Positions 36,337 to 44,314 of a DNA stretch of 64,000 nt are shown one piece after another. A program made the translations under genes and the position numbers. The notes beneath the pieces are model-generated. The model was not told the origin of the DNA. It ran no database searches and saw nothing but the letters and a program-made list of their open reading frames with translations. The stretch is from Escherichia coli (GTDB lineage Bacteria; Pseudomonadota; Gammaproteobacteria; Enterobacterales; Enterobacteriaceae), in assembly GCA_029351405.1 (NCBI GenBank), contig GCA_029351405.1_4841.1. One strand, given 5' to 3'. Every line of letters starts with the position of its first letter. Within the stretch, counting starts at the first letter, position 1.

Positions 36337-38619
36337 TTATACAACACAGCTATCGCACTGAGTTTCCTCAGCCTGTTTCAACTCTTCGTCTTCCTTGGCG
36401 TCCTTGTTTGTGTTGTAATACAGAGTCTTGCCACCCCACATATAGAATGACAGGATATCCTGCATCATCTTGGCACGAGGGATCTTGCTGTCAGGGTACT
36501 TCTCTGGGTCATACCACGTGTTGGTACTGATGGACTGGTCAACCCAGCGCTGGATGACAGCAGCGGTCTTCAGGTACTCAATACAGTCCAGATCCCACTT
36601 GAGGTCATACATCGGTCCAAGGGTCTCAACGTCCGGGACGACCTGCTTATAAGTGCCGTCCTTGCTACCCTTGATGCTCACCAAGCCCTTCGGTGGCTCA
36701 ATGCCGTTCGTTGCGTTGAGGACCTGTGAGGAGCTTTCGGTAGGGGCTACTGCCAGCAGGGTAGCGTTGCGGATACCATAGGTCTTCAGATTATCCTTCA
36801 ACTCATCCCAATCCAGCCCATATGCCATGCCTTCCGGCTTCTTGCCATTTGGTAGGATATCAAGTGGAAGAGGCTGAAGGTCGGCGGTGACCTGCCCATT
36901 ATTGTGGATGGTTCCGCGTTTACACGCCCCGAACTTCATAGCCAGACGGTTGGATGCCTTGACCAGATAGAAGTGCAGGTGTGCCATCCACGTATCCAGC
37001 ATTTCAAGACCAGCTGGTGAGCCATAGCCCGTGAAGTTCTTGGCCAAGAAGTGAGCCACGTTCACGATACCAACACCCAGAGGACGATAGTCTTCAACAG
37101 CTTTACGAGCCTGAATCGCTGGATAGTCCTGATATTCCAACAGCATGTCCAGCGCAGACACCAACACGAACGCAACGTCTTCCATTTCCGTAGGATCTTC
37201 GAACGCCGTCAGGTTAAAGGAAGCTAGGGTGCACAGAGCCACGCGCCCGTTTTCATCGTTGTACTGCTCAAACTCACGGGTCGGCAGGGCGATTTCTAAA
37301 CAAAGATTTGAAGAATAAATCGTGTCTAGGTTGAATGGACTGTATTCATTCATGTGATCGACAAATGCGATGTAGATGCGGCCTGTGTCTGAACGCTGGT
37401 CTAACAGCATCTGGAACACCTCTTCTGCCTGCAACTTTTTAGCACGAACCAAACCAGCATCAGCGGCCTTGATCATGTTCTCATACAGAGTACGGAACTT
37501 GTCAACGTCAGCGAAGTATGCTTCATACATTTCGCGGTTGTCTTTCGGGTCGAACAGATACAGAGGCTGCTTGGCAACAAGGCGCTCAAACATCACGCGG
37601 TTGATCTGAATGCCATAGTCGATACGGCGTTCGCGGTTTTCTTCAGTACCACGGTTGTTCTTCAGAACAACGACGTCATCGAACTGGTAATGCCACAGAG
37701 GGATGTATGCTGTTGCTGCACCACCACGAATGCCGCCCTGAGAGCACGATTTGAGTGCCCCAGTGAGATACTTGATGAACGGGATCAGGCCTGTGTGAAC
37801 CATCTCTCCGCCGCGAATAGGACTACCAATCCCACGGATTGCCCCGACGTCGAAGCCGATACCCGCACGTTTGGAGACATAGTCAACGATGGTCTTGGCT
37901 GTTGCGTTGATAGAGTTCAGGGTGTCATCAGTCTTGATTAACACACAGGAACTGAACTGACGAGTAGGAGTACGAACACCTGCCATAATCGGGGTGGGAA
38001 GACTGAACTTGCCTGTGCTGGCATATTCATAGAACTTTTTCACCATCTCCAGGCGGCTGTCTTTGTCCCAGTTAGAGAACAACGCCATGGCTATGCCCAT
38101 GTACATGACCTGTGGGGTTTCGTAGAAGATCTTGCTGTCTTTCTTGGAACGGTCGCGCAACAGGTACTTCTCAGTCAGCTGACCCATGGCCGCCCACGTG
38201 AAGTTCTTATCGCGTTTGTGATTGATGACATCGTTCAGCTCGTTGAACTCTTCGGTCGTGTAGAGATCAAGGAACTCACGATCATACACGCGCTGTTTGA
38301 TGTTCTTGACGAAGATGTCCAGCAGGTGAGGCGGCTTGTACTGACCGTAGACAGCCTTGCGCAGATCATACGACTTCAGACGAGCAGCCACATACTGGTA
38401 ATTGGGTTTGTCTACAGAGATCAGTGAAGCTGCAGCCTGGATGAGGATATCCTGAATGCGATCTGTTCTCATGTTGTCGGTGAACTGAATCTTCGATGCA
38501 GCGATCACCTCTGACATTGACACACCAGACAGGCCATCACATGCGCGGTCTACGACTGCGTGTAGTTTCTCAATATCAAATGGGACAGAAGATCCGTCAC
38601 GTTTTATAACGTTAATCAT
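36337..38619 (-). CDS. nrdA: ribonucleotide reductase class Ia alpha subunit
   Basis: 760 aa; N-terminal ATP-cone (VIKRDGSSVPFDIEKL), catalytic-core Cys-containing motifs, C-terminal CDSC redox pair. Confidence 0.9.
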   Translation of the reverse strand: MINVIKRDGSSVPFDIEKLHAVVDRACDGLSGVSMSEVIAASKIQFTDNMRTDRIQDILIQAAASLISVDKPNYQYVAARLKSYDLRKAVYGQYKPPHLLDIFVKNIKQRVYDREFLDLYTTEEFNELNDVINHKRDKNFTWAAMGQLTEKYLLRDRSKKDSKIFYETPQVMYMGIAMALFSNWDKDSRLEMVKKFYEYASTGKFSLPTPIMAGVRTPTRQFSSCVLIKTDDTLNSINATAKTIVDYVSKRAGIGFDVGAIRGIGSPIRGGEMVHTGLIPFIKYLTGALKSCSQGGIRGGAATAYIPLWHYQFDDVVVLKNNRGTEENRERRIDYGIQINRVMFERLVAKQPLYLFDPKDNREMYEAYFADVDKFRTLYENMIKAADAGLVRAKKLQAEEVFQMLLDQRSDTGRIYIAFVDHMNEYSPFNLDTIYSSNLCLEIALPTREFEQYNDENGRVALCTLASFNLTAFEDPTEMEDVAFVLVSALDMLLEYQDYPAIQARKAVEDYRPLGVGIVNVAHFLAKNFTGYGSPAGLEMLDTWMAHLHFYLVKASNRLAMKFGACKRGTIHNNGQVTADLQPLPLDILPNGKKPEGMAYGLDWDELKDNLKTYGIRNATLLAVAPTESSSQVLNATNGIEPPKGLVSIKGSKDGTYKQVVPDVETLGPMYDLKWDLDCIEYLKTAAVIQRWVDQSISTNTWYDPEKYPDSKIPRAKMMQDILSFYMWGGKTLYYNTNKDAKEDEELKQAEETQCDSCVV

Positions 38620-38702
38620 GGTGTTCCTCGGGTTTGTTTACGCAGGTTTTATTATACGCCGCCCTCATAGATTGAAGGCGGCAGGGAGGGTTGGCGGGTT
38701 AC

Positions 38703-39545
38703 TTAAATGTCGTACAGATCGTTGACTTCCAGCATCAGGCGGGTGAAGTCGCCGCGCCCGTTGCGGTCAGACTTGTCGAACTCGATGACACTGAAAGGCT
38801 GAACCCATTCAGGGTACTCATCGCCGACGCCAACACCATCGATCTTCAGGGTTCCGGCCTCCAGCTTGGCGTTGAAGTCGCGGAAGGAACTGACGTACTT
38901 TTCAAGGGCGCTGTCGCGCAGGCGCTTGTTAGACTGTTTGATGTCACCGTTGACGAAGATGTAAGTCGAGTCGGATGCGCGGGTCAGTAGGTTCTTCAGC
39001 TGCTCCATATCACATTCCTGCGCTTCTTCAATGATCAGGAAGGTGTCGTCGAAGGTCATCCCCTTGATGGTCTCCAGATCCTGGATCTCAATGATCCGCT
39101 TCTCCCACAGATAGTTGAAGAAACCGTCGCTACCTGTGTCAGTCTTCAGCACCTTCTTCAGCGTCTGAATCAGGGGCATCAGATATGGCATCAGCTTTTC
39201 GTATGTGTCGCCAGGGCGGAAGCCTGCAGTCTGGCCTGTTGGCAGCGGAGAGCGCGTGATGACGATCTTGCTGACCACTTTATCGATCAGGAGCTTGGCG
39301 GCGGCTGAGGCACCACAGTACGATTTACCTGTGCCTGCCGGACCGATTGCGATGGTGAGGTTTTCTTCAAGAGCAGATTGATACGCGAGGTTCTGATTTT
39401 CTGAGAGGCCATTGAACGGAGCGATTCTGAAGTCACCTTTAGAGAACTTCATCCAGTCATCTTCTTTCTGAATTGTCTCTTTCTTACGTGCTGACTTGGT
39501 CTTGCCCGCTGGCTTCTTACTTACAACTTTGGTGGCAGATTGCAT
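38703..39545 (-). CDS. phoH: PhoH-like ATPase
   Basis: Walker A GPAGTGKS and PhoH-family layout, 280 aa. Confidence 0.8.
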   Translation of the reverse strand: MQSATKVVSKKPAGKTKSARKKETIQKEDDWMKFSKGDFRIAPFNGLSENQNLAYQSALEENLTIAIGPAGTGKSYCGASAAAKLLIDKVVSKIVITRSPLPTGQTAGFRPGDTYEKLMPYLMPLIQTLKKVLKTDTGSDGFFNYLWEKRIIEIQDLETIKGMTFDDTFLIIEEAQECDMEQLKNLLTRASDSTYIFVNGDIKQSNKRLRDSALEKYVSSFRDFNAKLEAGTLKIDGVGVGDEYPEWVQPFSVIEFDKSDRNGRGDFTRLMLEVNDLYDI

Positions 39546-39647
39546 GGGAACCTTCCTATATCTCAGGGTGTCATCACCTCTAATTAAGGTGACAACCCCA
39601 GCATACCTGAGGATTGGATAAAGAAAAGGCCGTTTCCGGCCTTTGAG

Positions 39648-40442
39648 TTAACTGAAACTCTTGTATGCTGCTGCGAGCTTCGTGTCGTACTGGTTCTTGG
39701 CATACGCCGGACCATTATAGCGCCGCGCAAACTCAGCCCAGTTCTTGTCCTTCAGAGCCTGCCAGAGCTTGGCGTCAGCCTTGATGAACTTCACGAATGC
39801 CATCAAATGAGCACGTTCTCCTGTCAGGAAGTCGTTGAACATCTCCTTGGCGTTGGCATATCCACAGACCTGGCAGTTGAATCCCATGATCTGGAAGAGA
39901 CCGTAAGAGGCGCTCTCGTACGCACAATCCTCGTCGATGTTGATCGCTGCATGAAGTCGATCCAACTCCGCGTCGCCGCCCGTGTACCCGCCTGCGGAAG
40001 GGCTGACCAACGTCGGGTACATATGTCCCATGGCATTCGCCCGAGCCTGTCCGAACTTCGCCATCAGCTTCTTATACATGATGTGGCGCTCAAATAATGT
40101 CTTGATCTTACCTGATTTGGTGAAGCCCGTGCCGCGCGACTCAACCTGATTCACCGCCTTGACAGAGGCAAGGTCAACACCCAGATCGTTAGCAGCATCA
40201 ATCAGGTCTGACTCAGTTAGATGATCCTGATGGGCGTCTCCGGCGTTGCGAATAGCATAGGAGGTCTTTGGACCCACGATACCATCAATGACAAGTCCCG
40301 CACCCGCCTGAACCGTCTTGACGGCGTTCTCTGTTACCTTGCCAAAGATACCATCAGCGACGAGGGTGAAGCCGATTTTGTTGAGGCTATTCTGAAGTGC
40401 CTTCACTTCAGTGCCACGGTTGCCAAGTTTTAGAATGGCCAT
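39648..40442 (-). CDS. endolysin: peptidoglycan-binding domain plus N-acetylmuramidase-like catalytic domain
   Basis: N-terminal PG_binding_1-like repeat (LKLGNRGTEVKALQNSLN ... DGIFGKVTENAV ... DGIVGPKT); C-terminal domain with EYESASYGLFQIMGFN-type motif; start at Met with GGAGG ribosome-binding site. Confidence 0.7.
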   Translation of the reverse strand: MAILKLGNRGTEVKALQNSLNKIGFTLVADGIFGKVTENAVKTVQAGAGLVIDGIVGPKTSYAIRNAGDAHQDHLTESDLIDAANDLGVDLASVKAVNQVESRGTGFTKSGKIKTLFERHIMYKKLMAKFGQARANAMGHMYPTLVSPSAGGYTGGDAELDRLHAAINIDEDCAYESASYGLFQIMGFNCQVCGYANAKEMFNDFLTGERAHLMAFVKFIKADAKLWQALKDKNWAEFARRYNGPAYAKNQYDTKLAAAYKSFS

Positions 40443-40445
40443 AAG

Positions 40446-40479
40446 AAATACCTCCACAATGAATGCAGAGGTATTTAAA
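40446..40479 (-). promoter_or_regulatory. SD-sequestering hairpin overlapped by late-promoter-like box (TTTAAATA)
   Basis: 9-bp perfect stem AAATACCTC / GAGGTATTT with 13-nt loop; 3' arm contains endolysin GGAGG; TAAATA-core box overlaps 5' arm. Confidence 0.5.
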
Positions 40480-40627
40480 GTGAAAGTGAACTACTCGAGA
40501 AACTGAGGGAAAACTTTGTTCGGAATGTGGTCAGCAACCCAGAGAGCGCCTAAAGATGATTGAATGACTGTGATCTCCTCCCAAGACCTGATAGGGGGAG
40601 TTGCCTCCCCTATGTTACACGTCGGGA

Positions 40628-41116
40628 TTAGGCCAGTTTGCTCACCAGAGCTTCAACTGCGTCGGCGCTCAGTTTACCCATTTTGACGTACTGAGCTTTT
40701 GCTTCGCCGCCAACTGCTTTCACGATGTCGGTGTTGTCGTACCCCTTCTTAGGGAAGACCATCACAGAGAAGGAACCGTTGTTCAGCGGGTTCAGCTGGA
40801 TGCGACCTTTACCGACTACGATGGTGCCGTAAGTTTCGGTGTTTGCTTCGACAATGTGGATGTCGTGACCCAGGTTTTTCAGCATACCAACTTTGTCGGC
40901 AGTCTTAGCAACCACAGCTTTGTCAACCACAACCTGCTCTACCAGGGTGAAGCCGTTAGTCGATTTCACTTTACCGTTCAGCAGGTTCATGAAGGAAGTT
41001 TTGCCACCAGTGAAGCCAGCCGCCTGAGCGATGCGGAACATTTCAACTTTAGCAACTTCGGTGTTCAGTTCGAAAGAGATGGTGCCGTTGGTGATCAGAG
41101 TTTTGGTAGTAGCCAT
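40628..41116 (-). CDS. hypothetical protein (Lys/Val/Ala/Thr-rich, likely highly expressed)
   Basis: 162 aa from Met after GAGGAATTACATC; own promoter, leader hairpin and terminator; no Cys; no family recognised. Confidence 0.55.
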   Translation of the reverse strand: MATTKTLITNGTISFELNTEVAKVEMFRIAQAAGFTGGKTSFMNLLNGKVKSTNGFTLVEQVVVDKAVVAKTADKVGMLKNLGHDIHIVEANTETYGTIVVGKGRIQLNPLNNGSFSVMVFPKKGYDNTDIVKAVGGEAKAQYVKMGKLSADAVEALVSKLA

Positions 41117-41189
41117 GATGTAATTCCTCATAATGTAGTTGGTTCATTTCACTTTTCATTCGGCGGTGTGTTGCCGCCCTATGTGAACT

Positions 41190-41218
41190 ATAATAGTGCA
41201 TCATTATTGAAGAGTAAA
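41190..41218 (-). promoter_or_regulatory. sigma70 / T4-early-type promoter
   Basis: Minus-strand TTTACT -35, 17-nt spacer, TATTAT -10, AT-rich upstream tract; about 70 nt upstream of ATG at 41116. Confidence 0.45.
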
Positions 41219-41254
41219 GTCTTTTTCAATAATTTTTTAAAATATTTTTGAAGT

Positions 41255-41283
41255 ATTTTAAAAGGCCTCATTCGACGAGGCCT
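41255..41283 (-). terminator. rho-independent terminator
   Basis: AGGCCTC-loop-GAGGCCT hairpin followed by TTTTTAAAA on minus strand, about 29 nt after stop of 41312..41518. Confidence 0.55.
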
Positions 41284-41311
41284 GGAGGGAGGTGATGTGA
41301 AGTAAAAAGTT

Positions 41312-41518
41312 TTAGCTCGGGCGAAATCTTACAAACTCGCGAGCCAATTCGGCCTGCTCAGCACTGATAGGAACTCCATGGAAGTCCACCTGACCATTCT
41401 TCCAGCCGTGGATGAAACTCGGGGACTCTTCCCCAGATAGGACATACCCCTCACGAGATTTCAAGTACCCCCGCAGGATCTCTCCGTCGTCCAGTTTGTT
41501 CAGTTCTTCTAACGTCAT
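41312..41518 (-). CDS. hypothetical protein (68 aa)
   Basis: ORF overlapping primase stop; own terminator. Confidence 0.4.
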   Translation of the reverse strand: MTLEELNKLDDGEILRGYLKSREGYVLSGEESPSFIHGWKNGQVDFHGVPISAEQAELAREFVRFRPS

Positions 41519-42573
41519 CGCACTTTCCTCAGTTCAGCGAATTGTAATGATGCGGCCATACCTTGGTAAACGTTCTTGGCGATCAGCTTCAGGAGGTCTT
41601 GTATGGACATGTTGCCCTTTGATGGCATGACCATGTCGTTGATATCCTTCCAAGGAACGTCTGGTGGGAACAGTACAACTTTGACACCTTTATCTATCAT
41701 CTTCTGAATACCGTCACACACCTGCGGGTTCCGGTACTGATTATCAGGGATATAAATGTCGCCCTTCACGCTCAGTAGATCAGCATCGGCCGATGCAAGA
41801 CAGTTGGGTAGGAACAGGCTGTCAATCGGACCTTCCACAACCAGCTTGGTCTTGTGAATGTTCACCCGGTCTTCACCATACACCTTAGTGTCTTCATCCT
41901 TGGGCTTGACTGTTGCGTAGCGCAGTGTCGCACTCTTGTCGAATGCACGCCCCTGAACGATCTTCATGCGACCATCCTGAGTCCAGAACGGAATCACCAG
42001 CCGCTCATCGTCGGGGATCTTCAGCTGCTTCTCAGGGTTCGTTTCGAACTGGAGTAGATCCTGGCGGAAGTGCTGTGTGTAATATAGGAGGGTCAAAGTG
42101 CTCTCCGGCAGTCCACGCCACTGTACGTACTGTCGAGCCTTATGGTCAGGCGGTAGCAGATCAAGCCGTAGCATATTGCCGAGGAGGCTCTCGTCGCGTT
42201 TCGCCGCCACTGAGCCAATACGGGCGGTCTGTGTCAGCTTTGGCAACGGCTTCAGGGAAGGAAGTGGTCTGCCCGACGTATCACCCAGCAGACGGAACTT
42301 CTCCATGTTGTACTCTGTTGAGAGGCGTTCGTCGAACTTCTTCAGCCAGAACTCAAATGACCAGCCATTCATCTGGTTGCAGTTGTGGCACTTGAACCGG
42401 AAGCAGTCATTATCTCGATCGAAGAAAAAATAACCGCGTCGCTTATTAGCACTTTTGAGAGAATCTCCACAAAGCGGGCATCTAAAATTTGCGACAGACC
42501 CAACGCGTTCCCACTTGAATTTATCGAGTCTGGGAGCAACGTAATTTATGAATTGTTCATCAAGAAATTTCAT
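41515..42573 (-). CDS. DNA primase (gp61-like, zinc-ribbon plus TOPRIM)
   Basis: Zinc-ribbon CPLCGD ... CHNCN and TOPRIM-like acidic motif VVEGPIDSLFL; start at Met abutting upstream stop. Confidence 0.7.
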   Translation of the reverse strand: MKFLDEQFINYVAPRLDKFKWERVGSVANFRCPLCGDSLKSANKRRGYFFFDRDNDCFRFKCHNCNQMNGWSFEFWLKKFDERLSTEYNMEKFRLLGDTSGRPLPSLKPLPKLTQTARIGSVAAKRDESLLGNMLRLDLLPPDHKARQYVQWRGLPESTLTLLYYTQHFRQDLLQFETNPEKQLKIPDDERLVIPFWTQDGRMKIVQGRAFDKSATLRYATVKPKDEDTKVYGEDRVNIHKTKLVVEGPIDSLFLPNCLASADADLLSVKGDIYIPDNQYRNPQVCDGIQKMIDKGVKVVLFPPDVPWKDINDMVMPSKGNMSIQDLLKLIAKNVYQGMAASLQFAELRKVR

Positions 42574-43184
42574 TAGATCTTCGGCCTCTGGAACACTTCG
42601 GTCACAGTATAGTCTACACCACGACTTTGAGCTATACACAGTTGTCGCCAAGCCCCATACAGGATATTCTGCTCCCCGGCAGTGTTGCGCTCAAAGTGGG
42701 CGAAGCCGTCGAGGAGTTTCATGTAGCTGCGCATAAGCTGGGTAACGGTTCTTCCTCTCTTGATCTGTTCATCAAGGTACTTCTGATAATGCTCTGGTGA
42801 TGACAATGAAGAGTACTTCATGTCTGGCACATGAACTGGCATCAGGGACTTGCGGGGTGTGAAGTAGAACAACCCCCACTTTGGTGGCAGGTCTTCAACC
42901 CTGATCACGTCCTGAGGGCAGACATAAAAGCGGTATGCGCCCATGCCCGTCGTCGGATCCATGCGATGAGGCTTCTTCTTGTCGGTAAGGAAATCAGAGC
43001 GAGACACCTTCACTTCCATCAGGATAGAGCAACCGCCGGAACGGAACCCGATGGCATCAGGTGATTCTTTGTTGTCAAACGAATTTGGCTCGATGAAGAC
43101 AGCGCCGCAGTTCATGCGACCGCGCAGGTAGTTGGCCGCGATTTCACATCCTTCGCGGTGTGACGGGATAAAGATTTTGCTCAT
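42573..43184 (-). CDS. PD-(D/E)XK nuclease-like protein (putative)
   Basis: Candidate catalytic triad PDAIGF ... ILMEVKVS (D ... E-x-K). Confidence 0.4.
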   Translation of the reverse strand: MSKIFIPSHREGCEIAANYLRGRMNCGAVFIEPNSFDNKESPDAIGFRSGGCSILMEVKVSRSDFLTDKKKPHRMDPTTGMGAYRFYVCPQDVIRVEDLPPKWGLFYFTPRKSLMPVHVPDMKYSSLSSPEHYQKYLDEQIKRGRTVTQLMRSYMKLLDGFAHFERNTAGEQNILYGAWRQLCIAQSRGVDYTVTEVFQRPKI

Positions 43185-43241
43185 TGTCCTTTCCTTTTGG
43201 TGAATAATGAGCAAAATTATATGCCTTTATTTCGTATTGAC

Positions 43242-43595
43242 TTACGACAGCTGCTTCAGTTTGTAGATCGTCTGATAGCACAGTGTCTTGATTTCATCAA
43301 GCGTGTTCTGAAGGTGGGAGTCACACTGCTTGTAGATGCCATCGACGTCTATCACCACACTGTTAATATAGGAGATAGGGTCTGGGTTGTAGAGCTTGAT
43401 GTTCTCGAATGATGGAACATACTGACCACCCGCACCGATGTATGCTTCGGTAAACGTGTCCAGCAAGCCCTCCAGTTCCCCGTAGAACTCCCCGAGTGCC
43501 TTGTGCTTGGCATAGGATGTTGTAACGAAGTGCAAGGCATGAGAGTGGGCTATAGCAAGCAGTCCACGGTTGATGAAAATACTCGCATTGACCAT
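43242..43595 (-). CDS. hypothetical protein
   Basis: 117 aa ORF, helical, no motif. Confidence 0.45.
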   Translation of the reverse strand: MVNASIFINRGLLAIAHSHALHFVTTSYAKHKALGEFYGELEGLLDTFTEAYIGAGGQYVPSFENIKLYNPDPISYINSVVIDVDGIYKQCDSHLQNTLDEIKTLCYQTIYKLKQLS

Positions 43596-43688
43596 GATGT
43601 TGTCCTCAGAAAAAGAAATCCCCCTGTATTTAGGGGGATCCAGTTACAGACCAAGTTCTTTCGTCGTGGCGTCGTCTAGTGCAACCTC

Positions 43689-44258
43689 CTAGACAGGCTT
43701 AACACCGAGGAACTTGGCAATGTCAGCAGCCAGGTTTTTACCCTTGCTGATATCATGCTCCTTGCCGTTGCAGGTGACGATCACATACGGGTCATCTTCA
43801 CCACCGAAGTTCACGGTGATCGCCTTGCCGATGCCAGGGATGCCAGAGTATTCGAACTCAGTACGACCACTCTTGCGAGACTTGCCAGCACCCAGTGCTT
43901 TACCGATCATCTTGTCCATGTTCGCCAGTTCCTGAGCATAGGATTCGGTCACCTGGCCTTTGTCGGCAGACTTGCCAAAGAAGAATTCGAAGCCGTCATG
44001 GACAGCAACGACTTCCTGACCTTGGGAAATACCGTGAGTCTGATCCGGAGTCAGCTTCACCTTGATGGTGTTGCCGTTGGTTAACTCCAGGTTGTAGACA
44101 TCCGCCTGATTGTCAGGAGTGATCTGGGTCACGGTAGCGCCGGAACACCACTGGGTGCCGTCAGCTTGCTTGGTGATGGATACGGTCTTACCCTGGACAC
44201 CAGCATGGGTCTGAGGTTTAGCGGCTTGTTCTTTAAAATATTCGATAAACGGTTTCAT
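43689..44258 (-). CDS. late-expressed protein (probable virion component)
   Basis: 189 aa ORF with GAGGAG ribosome-binding site, 25 nt downstream of exact TATAAATA box. Confidence 0.5.
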   Translation of the reverse strand: MKPFIEYFKEQAAKPQTHAGVQGKTVSITKQADGTQWCSGATVTQITPDNQADVYNLELTNGNTIKVKLTPDQTHGISQGQEVVAVHDGFEFFFGKSADKGQVTESYAQELANMDKMIGKALGAGKSRKSGRTEFEYSGIPGIGKAITVNFGGEDDPYVIVTCNGKEHDISKGKNLAADIAKFLGVKPV

Positions 44259-44282
44259 CTTAATCTCCTCGGGGATTTCAGT

Positions 44283-44290
44283 TATTTATA
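44283..44290 (-). promoter_or_regulatory. T4-type late promoter (TATAAATA)
   Basis: Exact TATAAATA on minus strand between GC hairpin and ribosome-binding site of 43689..44258. Confidence 0.55.
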
Positions 44291-44291
44291 A

Positions 44292-44306
44292 GCCCCCGAA
44301 GGGGCT
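44292..44306 (-). terminator. putative terminator hairpin
   Basis: GCCCC-TTCG-GGGGC hairpin 10 nt after stop of 1017-aa gene, followed by TTATAAATAA. Confidence 0.45.
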
Positions 44307-44314
44307 TTCGATGA

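Noticed and set aside
40601-41251. 216-aa plus-strand ORF
   Set aside because: Lies antisense across the well-supported minus-strand gene 40628..41116 and its promoter; no ribosome-binding site; low-complexity translation.
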